DNA of 64,000 nt from Candidatus Campbellbacteria bacterium RIFOXYC2_FULL_35_25 (GTDB lineage Bacteria; Patescibacteriota; Minisyncoccia; Phycocordibacterales; UBA12079): assembly GCA_001774495.1 (NCBI GenBank), contig MFAE01000006.1, forward strand, positions 5,356 through 69,355, given 5' to 3'. Below, piece by piece: positions 56,437-63,930 of the stretch. Position numbers and translations under genes: made by a program. The notes below the pieces were generated by a model that was not told where the DNA came from, did not search any database, and was given only the letters and a program-made list of their open reading frames with translations. Every line of letters starts with the position of its first letter. The stretch's first letter is position 1.

Positions 56437-59400
56437 TTATTTATTAAGTTTCAATTTAAAAACTAAATCATCGATTTTTATTATTTCTGCGTCAGTTCTG
56501 CACAACTCCGCGTTTGTTCCGCATTTGATTTCTTCTATTCCAGCTACTTTTTTCAAATCTACTTCAAATTTTTTAATAAGATCTTCCCCCTCTTTGTTTG
56601 TCTCAACTTCTAATTCAACCAAATCACTTGGAACAAGATTTTCTTGCTTCCTTAATTTCTGAATATTTCTTAGCAACTCTCGATAACGTCCTTCTCCTTT
56701 TAATTCCGGGGTGATTGTTGCATCTAATTCTACTTTTTCTTCATCGTGTTCCCCAAAAACGACCATTTTCACATTTACCTCATCTTTAATTACTTCAACC
56801 ATCTGTTCATCCATAACTGTCGCTTGTGGACTGTAGGCAGTAAGACTTTGTAGTGGTTGTCTCACCTTAATTCCAAGTTCTGCCCTTGCCTCCAAAGCCA
56901 AAGAAACGATCTCTTTAACTTTTTTCATGCTTTCCAAAATAGCTTCATCGATGTTTACTTCTTTGGTCCAACTCTCGAGGTGCACACTTTCCAAGCCATC
57001 ATTACCTTTAACTTTCTGATAAATTTCTTCCGCCAAGAACGGCATAAAAGGAGCAATAACTTTTGAAAACTCTCTCAAAACAAATTGTGTTGTTGCCAAA
57101 GCATAATCTCGGTCCTTGTCATTACCCCCCTTAAATCTATCTCGAGACCTTCTAATATACCAGGTCGACAATTCCTCAACAAAATCCATAATTGGTCGAG
57201 AAGCCCTGTCTAATTCATAATTATTTAACCCTATGGAAACTTCTTTAATCAATTGATTTAATTTAGTTAATATCCATTTATCCAAAATGTTTTCACTGTC
57301 TTGCGGGTTAACTTTTGTTTTGGAATCTTCCTTGTACAACTCATAAAAAGAATAAACATTCTTAACTTTCAAAATAATTTTCTTCAAAATCTCATCTACT
57401 CCCTTTTCTGAAAAGTTTAAATCTTCTCCCCGAACAATCGGAGAACTAATCATATAATAACGCATCGCATCAGCTCCATATTTATCAAGGATGTATGAGA
57501 TATCAGGATAATTTTTTAAACTTTTTGACATCTTCTTTCCATCTTCCGCCAACACCATGCCGTTCACAATTACATTCTTATAAGAAGTTTTCCCAAACAT
57601 AGCTGTCGCCAATACTATAGACGTATAAAACCAGCCACGAGTTTGATCGGTTCCTTCGGCGATAAAATCTGCAGGAAAACCAATTCCTTTTTCAGGGTTA
57701 AACTTGTCTAAGTTTTCAAAAGGATAATGATTAGAAGCATAAGGCATCGCCCCCGACTCAAACCAACAATCAAAAACCTCTGCGATTCTTTTCATTTTTC
57801 CACCACACTCGCAATCAAATTCAACCTTATCAATATAAGGCATATGTAAATCTGTTTCATAATTTTTATTATGAGGTAATGGGGCAAAATCCAATTCACG
57901 AATTTCAGCATTTCCAAAAAGATTTTCTTCCTCTTTAAAAGCAACTGTTTTCTCGGCATTTAACCCTTTTGCTACGGAAAGCAAAAACCAAGCAGGATAT
58001 TCGTGAGTAACAATTAAGATATTCTTATCTGAATACTTTTTATCTATGTCGTAAATAAAATCTCCCACTCTATTTTTTGTCTCATTAAGACTTTCTCCGT
58101 TAGAAGTAGCCTGTGTAAATTTCCCCAGTAAAGAGCCGGCAAAACTTCTATACTCATCTACATTTTTACCCTCGAGATCACCTACTTGGGCTTCGATAAT
58201 TCTTTCATCAAAAATAATATCGGTTTTTTTAATTCCGATTCCTTCGGAGATTATTTCAGCGGTTTCTTTTGTTCTAACAAAAGGTGAAGAAATGATTACA
58301 TCTATTTTTTTCTTCTTTAGTTCCTCTAGAGCTTCTTTTACTTGCTCTTTTCCTACTTCTGTTAAATGATGAGGATTCGTTGCTTTTGAACTACAAACAT
58401 TCAAGGTATTATTTTCTGCCTCACCGTGGCGAATCACAAAGTAATTATTTGTTCCTTTTGTCTCTTTTCTTAATTCATCAATCGAACCAATTATTTTTAT
58501 CTTTCCACAACCATTATCTTGAGAATTTGTGTTTTGTGTTTCGTGTTTCGTTTGGTTTTTGTGTTCTACACTTTGTATTTTCCTAGTTTGGCAACGCCAA
58601 ACTGGTAACGGAGCTCCCCAAAAACGAGTTCTGGAAATTGCCCAGTCACGAGCTCCTTCAAGCCACTTACCAAACCTTCCGTCTCGAATATTTTCTGGCA
58701 CCCAATTAACTTCTTGATTAGCTTTAATCATTTCATCCTTAATTCCTGTTACTTTTAGAAACCAAGAAGAGGTCGCGTAGTTAAGAAGTGGGGTGTGACA
58801 TCTCCAGCAATGAGGATAAGAGTGTTCAATTTTTTCTTTTGAAAACAACACGCTACCCCCCTCTCTATTAGCCAAAAGTTTTATCATCTCAATATCAGTT
58901 GCCATGTGGTCATCCTTAGGCTTTACGTACAAACCAGCTAACCCATCCCCCACTTCTGATTTAAATTTTCCATCAATTGAAACATGCTGAACAAAAGGTA
59001 AGCTTTCTTTTTTACCCAACTCCATATCATCAGAACCAAAAGCAGGAGCAATATGAACAATCCCTGTTCCATCTTCGGTAGTTACAAAATCAGCTCCGTA
59101 AATTTTCCAACCATTTTTGTGATTTTCCAAACTTTTGTCTTTTGAATAATAATCAAAAAGTGGTTTGTAAGATTTTCCAATTAATTCTGAACCCTTAGTT
59201 ATCTCATTAACATTTTTTACAAGATGACCTAAAAAATCAAACATGTCTTCGTCTTCTCTTGGAGTTATCGGTGTTTTTTTATTTTCAAAAATTTCTTTAG
59301 CAACCCAATAATATTCTTTTTTAAAATTACTTTCGTAAGTTTCTCCTGGCTCAATTTTTTTTACTTCGTTTGTATTTTCAATTTTTAAATAATCAATATT

Positions 59401-60120
59401 TGGGTGAACTGCCAAAGCGACGTTTCCAGGCAAAGTCCACGGAGTAGTTGTCCAAGCCAAAACAAAAGTTCCGGGCTCGTCTGCTAATTCAAACTTAACT
59501 GTCGCTGACAAATCTTTGATATCTTTATACCCCTGATTAACTTCAAAGTTTGAAAGGGTTGTTTCACACCGAGGGCACAAATGCATTGCTTTGTGTCCTT
59601 CGTAAATTAAATTTTTGTCATAGATAGTTTTAAAAATATGCCAGATAGACTCAGAGTAAGAAGTGTCCATTGTCTGGTAACTAGCATTCATATCCACCCA
59701 TCTACCTGTTCGTGGAATAATCTTTTTCCAATCAACATCATAACGAAGCACACTATTCTTGGCCGCTTCATTAAATTTTTCTACTCCATAATCATAGATG
59801 TCCTGTTTGTTTTTGAAACCTAGTTCATCTTCAATTAAATTTTCAATCGGCAAACCATGACAATCCCAGCCCCAACGACGAGAAACTTTTTTACCAAGCA
59901 TTGTTTGATAACGAGGAATGATATCTTTCATGGTTCCTGCCAAAATATGACCATAATGAGGTAAACCAGTAGCAAAAGGAGGTCCATCATAAAAAACAAA
60001 AGAGCCGTTGGGAGATTCCTTCTCGGTAGATTTTTCAAAAATTTTATTATCCTGCCAAAATTTCAGAACTTCTTCTTCACTTTTAGCAGTCTCGGATTTA
60101 TTATTATTTTTATCTTCCAT
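56437..60120 (-). CDS. ileS: isoleucyl-tRNA synthetase carrying an inserted histidine-phosphatase (PGAM-like) domain
   Basis: HIGH (PHYGHIL) and KMSKS (KMSKSLKNYPD) motifs, editing domain (WTTTPWTLPGN). About 250 extra residues (aa ~513-768) containing RHGEAENN...SSPFVRTKETAEII...IVTHEYPAWF lie between WRCQ and CECGG. Confidence 0.85.
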   Translation of the reverse strand: MEDKNNNKSETAKSEEEVLKFWQDNKIFEKSTEKESPNGSFVFYDGPPFATGLPHYGHILAGTMKDIIPRYQTMLGKKVSRRWGWDCHGLPIENLIEDELGFKNKQDIYDYGVEKFNEAAKNSVLRYDVDWKKIIPRTGRWVDMNASYQTMDTSYSESIWHIFKTIYDKNLIYEGHKAMHLCPRCETTLSNFEVNQGYKDIKDLSATVKFELADEPGTFVLAWTTTPWTLPGNVALAVHPNIDYLKIENTNEVKKIEPGETYESNFKKEYYWVAKEIFENKKTPITPREDEDMFDFLGHLVKNVNEITKGSELIGKSYKPLFDYYSKDKSLENHKNGWKIYGADFVTTEDGTGIVHIAPAFGSDDMELGKKESLPFVQHVSIDGKFKSEVGDGLAGLYVKPKDDHMATDIEMIKLLANREGGSVLFSKEKIEHSYPHCWRCHTPLLNYATSSWFLKVTGIKDEMIKANQEVNWVPENIRDGRFGKWLEGARDWAISRTRFWGAPLPVWRCQTRKIQSVEHKNQTKHETQNTNSQDNGCGKIKIIGSIDELRKETKGTNNYFVIRHGEAENNTLNVCSSKATNPHHLTEVGKEQVKEALEELKKKKIDVIISSPFVRTKETAEIISEGIGIKKTDIIFDERIIEAQVGDLEGKNVDEYRSFAGSLLGKFTQATSNGESLNETKNRVGDFIYDIDKKYSDKNILIVTHEYPAWFLLSVAKGLNAEKTVAFKEEENLFGNAEIRELDFAPLPHNKNYETDLHMPYIDKVEFDCECGGKMKRIAEVFDCWFESGAMPYASNHYPFENLDKFNPEKGIGFPADFIAEGTDQTRGWFYTSIVLATAMFGKTSYKNVIVNGMVLAEDGKKMSKSLKNYPDISYILDKYGADAMRYYMISSPIVRGEDLNFSEKGVDEILKKIILKVKNVYSFYELYKEDSKTKVNPQDSENILDKWILTKLNQLIKEVSIGLNNYELDRASRPIMDFVEELSTWYIRRSRDRFKGGNDKDRDYALATTQFVLREFSKVIAPFMPFLAEEIYQKVKGNDGLESVHLESWTKEVNIDEAILESMKKVKEIVSLALEARAELGIKVRQPLQSLTAYSPQATVMDEQMVEVIKDEVNVKMVVFGEHDEEKVELDATITPELKGEGRYRELLRNIQKLRKQENLVPSDLVELEVETNKEGEDLIKKFEVDLKKVAGIEEIKCGTNAELCRTDAEIIKIDDLVFKLKLNK

Positions 60121-60259
60121 ATTTTAAACTCTTTATATTGATAATTTTTCTAAAAACTTTAGCCAAAGGCTAATCAGCCTCCGGCTGAAAAAACTACCAA
60201 CTAAAAACTTAGTTTTAATATTACATCAAACACCCAGCTTGAGCAATTTAAAAAGATAT

Positions 60260-61624
60260 TTAAACAACAAAACCAAACAAAGGGCTTTTTCTATCAATGA
60301 CCTGATACTTAAAGCCTAATTTATCTAATCTTTTTAGTAACAGATTAAAATTTTCTTTTCTCGCCAATTCAACTCCAACCAAAGCTGGGCCGGACTCTTT
60401 ATTATTTTTCTTAAAATATTCAAACAAAACAATATCATCCCCAGGGCCCAAGGTTCTCTCGATAAATGTTTTCAAAACCCCAGCTCTTTGAGGGAACTCA
60501 ACTATAAAGTAATGCTTTAGTCCTTGATATTCCAAACTTCTCTCGATAATCTCAGGGTATCTACTAATATCATTGTTACCACCGCTTACAATACACACGA
60601 CAGTCTTCCCTTGTATCTTTTCGGCTAATTGCTCAATTGCAGATAAAGCTAAAGCCCCAGCAGGTTCCGTAACAATTCCATTATTTTGATAAAGCAAAAT
60701 CATTTCCTGACAAACCCTTCCTTCGGGAACTAGCAAAACTTTGTCTACGATTTTTTTACAAATTTCAAATCCTAATTTCCCAACAGTTTTAACGGCAGTC
60801 CCGTCTATAAACTTATCAATCTTATCTAAGGTAACTACCTCTCCTTTTTTTAATGATTGAAACATAGAAGGAACTCCCTCTGATTCTACCCCGATTAATT
60901 TAATCTTTGGGTATTTTGATTTCACATAGGTACCCAAACCAGAAATTAACCCTCCTCCCCCAATGGGAACAAAAATATAATCAGGGCTTTCTTCTAGTTG
61001 TTCTAAAATTTCTACGCCCACAGTCCCTTGCCCGGCGATAACCAACTCATCATTAAAAGGATGAATAAAAACCTTGTTTTTATTATCACTAAAATTCTTT
61101 GCTTTATGGCAAGCCTCATCAAATGTATCTCCAACAAGCACTATAGAAACCCATTTACCGCCGAACCTCCTCGCTCTTTCAATTTTTTGTTTAGGCGTAT
61201 TCTGTGGCATAAAAATATACCCTTTTATTTTTAACTTACTACAAGCGAAAGCAAAACCTTGAGCATGGTTCCCCGCGCTGCCACAAACAACCCCTCTTCT
61301 TTTTTCTTCAGGAGTTAACAGGGATATTTTATTGTAGGCACCCCTAAGTTTGTAAGATCTAACTGATTGCAAATCTTCTCTTTTTAAATAAACTTTTGCT
61401 TTATATTGCTTTGATAGCCTCTCGTTAAGCTGAAGGGGTGTTTTGATAACTATATCTTTTAGCCGGCCATAGGCTTCTTCTATTAATTTGGGAGTAATTT
61501 GTGATTTCATATATTTATTATTTATGAGCAATACAAGAGATTTCAACCAAAACATCCTTTGGAAGTCTCGCAACTTCAATAGTTGCTCGAGCGGGATATG
61601 GCTGTTGGGCAAATTTTTCTGCAT
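60260..61624 (-). CDS. ilvA: threonine ammonia-lyase (threonine dehydratase) with C-terminal regulatory domain
   Basis: PLP-lysine motif SYKLRGAYNK, glycine-rich PLP-phosphate loop GGGGLISG, C-terminal ACT-like domain. The real start is probably internal MKSQITP (about 61510), which avoids overlap with ridA. Confidence 0.8.
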   Translation of the reverse strand: MQKNLPNSHIPLEQLLKLRDFQRMFWLKSLVLLINNKYMKSQITPKLIEEAYGRLKDIVIKTPLQLNERLSKQYKAKVYLKREDLQSVRSYKLRGAYNKISLLTPEEKRRGVVCGSAGNHAQGFAFACSKLKIKGYIFMPQNTPKQKIERARRFGGKWVSIVLVGDTFDEACHKAKNFSDNKNKVFIHPFNDELVIAGQGTVGVEILEQLEESPDYIFVPIGGGGLISGLGTYVKSKYPKIKLIGVESEGVPSMFQSLKKGEVVTLDKIDKFIDGTAVKTVGKLGFEICKKIVDKVLLVPEGRVCQEMILLYQNNGIVTEPAGALALSAIEQLAEKIQGKTVVCIVSGGNNDISRYPEIIERSLEYQGLKHYFIVEFPQRAGVLKTFIERTLGPGDDIVLFEYFKKNNKESGPALVGVELARKENFNLLLKRLDKLGFKYQVIDRKSPLFGFVV

Positions 61625-61898
61625 AAATTTTATTCATCTCAACAAAATTATTCATATCAGAGAGATAAACTTCTGTTTTAACAACCTGAGACAAACTGGA
61701 ACCAGCCTCAGACAAAACAATCTTCAAATTTTCAATAACTCTTTCCGTTTGTTCTTTTATATTTTCACCCGCAATTTCACCAGTAGCAGGATCTACGGAA
61801 ATTTGCCCAGAACAAAAAATAAAATTATCAACTTCAATTGCTTGAGAATAAGGGCCAACGACTTGAGGGGCTTTGTTTGTTTTTATTTCTTTAATCAT
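61518..61898 (-). CDS. ridA: RidA/YjgF-family reactive-intermediate (enamine/imine) deaminase
   Basis: 126 aa, KTNKAPQVVGPYSQAIEV...CSGQISVDPATGE...ARATIEVARLP. Canonical RidA, including the Arg in ARATIEV. Confidence 0.85.
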   Translation of the reverse strand: MIKEIKTNKAPQVVGPYSQAIEVDNFIFCSGQISVDPATGEIAGENIKEQTERVIENLKIVLSEAGSSLSQVVKTEVYLSDMNNFVEMNKIYAEKFAQQPYPARATIEVARLPKDVLVEISCIAHK

Positions 61899-61937
61899 AA
61901 TGTTCTAATAGTATCAAATTTCTAAATCTAACAAAAG

Positions 61938-61970
61938 TATTAAAAAAGCCGGCAGGGGGTACCTGCCGGC
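61938..61970 (-). terminator. intrinsic bidirectional terminator (aaagccggcaggg-ggtacc-cctgccggcttt)
   Basis: Perfect GC-rich palindrome with flanking A/T runs, 3' of tRNA-Gln on the minus strand. Confidence 0.7.
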
Positions 61971-62025
61971 TTTCAAGAGTCTAGGACTAAAACCTAGAAA
62001 ATTATGCAAACTCTTGAAATAAGGT

Positions 62026-62099
62026 TGGCTGGGGGGCAGGGATTCGAACCCCGACAAGCAGACCCAGAATCTGCGGTCCTACCATTAGACAAACCCCCA
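62026..62099 (-). tRNA. tRNA-Gln (anticodon CUG), CCA encoded
   Basis: Hand fold of the reverse complement: acceptor TGGGGGT/CCCCCCA (7:66 U-C mismatch), D-arm GTCT-AATGGTA-GGAC, anticodon arm GCAGA-TTCTGGG-TCTGC, T-arm CGGGG-TTCGAAT-CCCTG, discriminator G, CCA. Confidence 0.75.
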
Positions 62100-62112
62100 G
62101 CAAAATTAAAAA

Positions 62113-62240
62113 TGTGAAGAGAGATGAGGAAGAAAATCGGCGGCAGTGTCCTCACACACGCATTCGCCAACATCTCGCAAGTTTTAGCTTCCCAAAGAAG
62201 CCTGCTCTGGGCAATACTTGTAAAATGTATCTCTCTTCAC
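62113..62240 (-). ncRNA. structured leader / candidate small RNA co-transcribed upstream of tRNA-Gln
   Basis: 12-bp long-range stem GTGAAGAGAGAT...ATCTCTCTTCAC encloses a GC-rich core, between a sigma70-like promoter and the tRNA. Confidence 0.35.
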
Positions 62241-62261
62241 AAAAAAGAGCAAATTTACATC

Positions 62262-62292
62262 ATTATACTACCTAAATAAACTTTTACGTCAA
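62262..62292 (-). promoter_or_regulatory. sigma70-like promoter TTGACG-19 nt-TATAAT driving the leader + tRNA-Gln transcript
   Basis: Minus strand reads cTTGACGtaaaagtttatttaggtagTATAATgatg. The -35 box abuts the CAAG duplication of MITE copy 3. Confidence 0.5.
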
Positions 62293-62293
62293 G

Positions 62294-62383
62294 CTCCCAC
62301 ACCTTTCATAATATTATTAAATAATTTTACAAAAGAGATTTACCTATTTTTTCCAAAGAACGATATTATGAAAGGTGTGGGGG
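62294..62383. mobile_element. MITE-like element copy 3 (90 bp): TIRs CTCCCACACCTTT / AAAGGTGTGGGGG, AT-rich 51-nt core, 4-bp direct repeat CAAG
   Basis: Read directly: caag-CTCCCACACCTTT-...-AAAGGTGTGGGGG-caag. Confidence 0.6.
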
Positions 62384-62397
62384 CAAGCAAAAATAAA

Positions 62398-62427
62398 ATA
62401 CCCCGGCCTGAGGGCACGGGGTATTTT
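62398..62427 (-). terminator. intrinsic bidirectional terminator (taccccg-gcctgagggca-cggggta)
   Basis: 7-bp GC stem with T-runs on both strands, immediately 3' of the R3 element on the minus strand. Confidence 0.6.
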
Positions 62428-62553
62428 GGAATAAACCTAAAATTAGATGCGATTCGGTGAAGCGAGAGCAAAATGGAAGGAGGCGTATTACAATACGACG
62501 ACTGACATTTTGTGAATCGCGACGCCGAAGGGCGCTAATTTTGGGTTTATTCC
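62428..62553 (-). ncRNA. R3: GC-richer paralog of R1/R2, overlapping the stop codon of gene 62547..62981 and abutting a terminator
   Basis: Outer stem cccaaaattag/ctaattttagg (19 bp), second stem gcgattc/gaatcgc, central hairpin cgtatt-gta-atacg followed by CCTCC, and the conserved GCTTCACCGAATCGCATC 3' core. Confidence 0.6.
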
Positions 62554-62981
62554 TCAATTCGAGAAAAACTTAAAGTATTTCCATTAGGCAAATAACTCAA
62601 TTCAAGTCTCTCAATACCAACAAATATTATCGTGTAAGTAAATTCCTCTTCATTAGTTATATTGATTAACTTATAGCCATCAACAAACCAGTTTCCAGAA
62701 TCAATCGACTTTCCGTCGTAAATACTCTCGAATCCCCCATTCTCATTAAAAACAATTACACTTTTAGAATCTTCTTTACTTTCCCAGCGACCAACAAAAT
62801 CTTTTTTCAAATCATAATTATCTTGATAATTATTTTCTTCGATAGCGATTGATTCATCGATAGCTTTTAATTCTTCATTAACAACTTCTTCGTTGGGAAG
62901 GTTTGGGAGAGTGTTTTTATAAAACCAACTTCCAACAGCGACCACAACTAAGATCAAAATAACATAAAATAAATTTTTCAT
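62547..62981 (-). CDS. hypothetical secreted/lipoprotein-like protein
   Basis: 144 aa, N-terminal signal/anchor MKNLFYVILILVVVAVGSWFY. Confidence 0.4.
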   Translation of the reverse strand: MKNLFYVILILVVVAVGSWFYKNTLPNLPNEEVVNEELKAIDESIAIEENNYQDNYDLKKDFVGRWESKEDSKSVIVFNENGGFESIYDGKSIDSGNWFVDGYKLINITNEEEFTYTIIFVGIERLELSYLPNGNTLSFSRIEE

Positions 62982-63007
62982 ATAATAAATTAATTAAAAA
63001 ATAAAAA

Positions 63008-63092
63008 GAAGGAGGGAGGGGGTCGAACCCACCATAGATGTTTTACGGCAAGGCCGGTCATCTATTTAAGCAACCATTAATGCTTCTCCTTC
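63008..63092 (-). tRNA. tRNA-like element, non-canonical (85 nt): perfect acceptor stem, D-arm and T-arm, but the anticodon/variable region is replaced by a 7-bp hairpin with an 18-nt loop
   Basis: Reverse complement folds with acceptor GAAGGAG/CTCCTTC (or shifted by one with a 7:66 mismatch), D-arm GCA-TTAATGGT-TGC, T-arm GTGGG-TTCGACC-CCCTC (G53, C61 present). No 5/7/5 anticodon arm could be built. Confidence 0.3.
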
Positions 63093-63156
63093 TTTACTAA
63101 CAATTTTATATTACATCAAAAAATTGACTTGGGCAATTCAATAAAACATGGATTAT

Positions 63157-63930
63157 TTAAAAACTTTCCTCAACCAAGCTCTTGGTTTCTGGGTCAATAT
63201 ATTTGATTTTATTTTCGTGTTTCTTTAAATCTATATGAGCCTCACAATAAAAAGAATCTTTTCCCCATTTCATAATAAACAAATGGTTTTTTTCGCCTAC
63301 TTCAAATGAAAATTTTCCATCAAAGGCGGGGTAGTTGTTTCTAAAACGACTCAACTTTAGTAACCTCTGAACAATCTTTCTTTTTAAATTTTTTTCAATT
63401 TCTTTTTTTGTATAATTATGTCTCATAATTTCACGACCCGTCTTTGTCTTATAAAGTCTTTTTAAATCATTACCCCCAGCCAATAGGCCGACATAAAAAA
63501 TCTGAGGGATCCCAGGCATAAAATATTGAATTATTCTTGCGTTTATATAGTCATCATGCTTTTTGTTAACAGCACAATAAAAACTACTATTAATTTGATT
63601 TATGTTCGTATTTCCAAATCCAAAACCTGACGCAATTTTGGCAGAAGAATTATCGAAAGAAAAAACTTTTTCTTTAATATCCTCTATTTCTTTTTCTGAC
63701 AAAAATCCTTCCACGTCTGAGATATCAATACCATCATGAGTATCCAAGACGGTCATGGCGTTTGTAGGTCTAACCTTTACCCATTCCTCTAAACGACGAC
63801 TACTTTGCGAAAAAATTGTGTGTAAGACAACTAGAGGCAGAGCAAAATCATAAACATAATCAACGCCTTTTATCTGAGACAATTTTATTTGGGAAATATA
63901 TTTAGAGTGAACTTCTGGTAAAACTTGCAT
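63157..63930 (-). CDS. GH13-family sugar-phosphorylase-like protein (sucrose/glucosylglycerate phosphorylase type), C-terminal part; probably truncated by the window edge
   Basis: VLDTHDGIDI and FMPGIPQIFYVGLLAGGND resemble conserved regions IV and following of GH13_18 phosphorylases. Confidence 0.45.
   Translation of the reverse strand: MQVLPEVHSKYISQIKLSQIKGVDYVYDFALPLVVLHTIFSQSSRRLEEWVKVRPTNAMTVLDTHDGIDISDVEGFLSEKEIEDIKEKVFSFDNSSAKIASGFGFGNTNINQINSSFYCAVNKKHDDYINARIIQYFMPGIPQIFYVGLLAGGNDLKRLYKTKTGREIMRHNYTKKEIEKNLKRKIVQRLLKLSRFRNNYPAFDGKFSFEVGEKNHLFIMKWGKDSFYCEAHIDLKKHENKIKYIDPETKSLVEESF

Noticed and set aside
62113-62240. Assignment of the tRNA-Gln leader as SRP (4.5S) RNA
   Set aside because: Only a loose GGAAGC/AGCAGG resemblance. 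I could not draw the conserved domain-IV symmetric and asymmetric loops with a GNRA tetraloop, so this is left as an unclassified candidate.
62366-62557. GC-rich ORF 62366..62557 (63 aa)
   Set aside because: It spans terminator 62398-62427 and the R3 structured element, and its frame is not conserved in R1 or R2.
63008-63092. Calling the tRNA-like element tRNA-His (G-1:C73) or tRNA-Sec
   Set aside because: Its length (85 nt) and the missing anticodon arm fit neither. The extra 5' G pairing with the discriminator may be coincidental.
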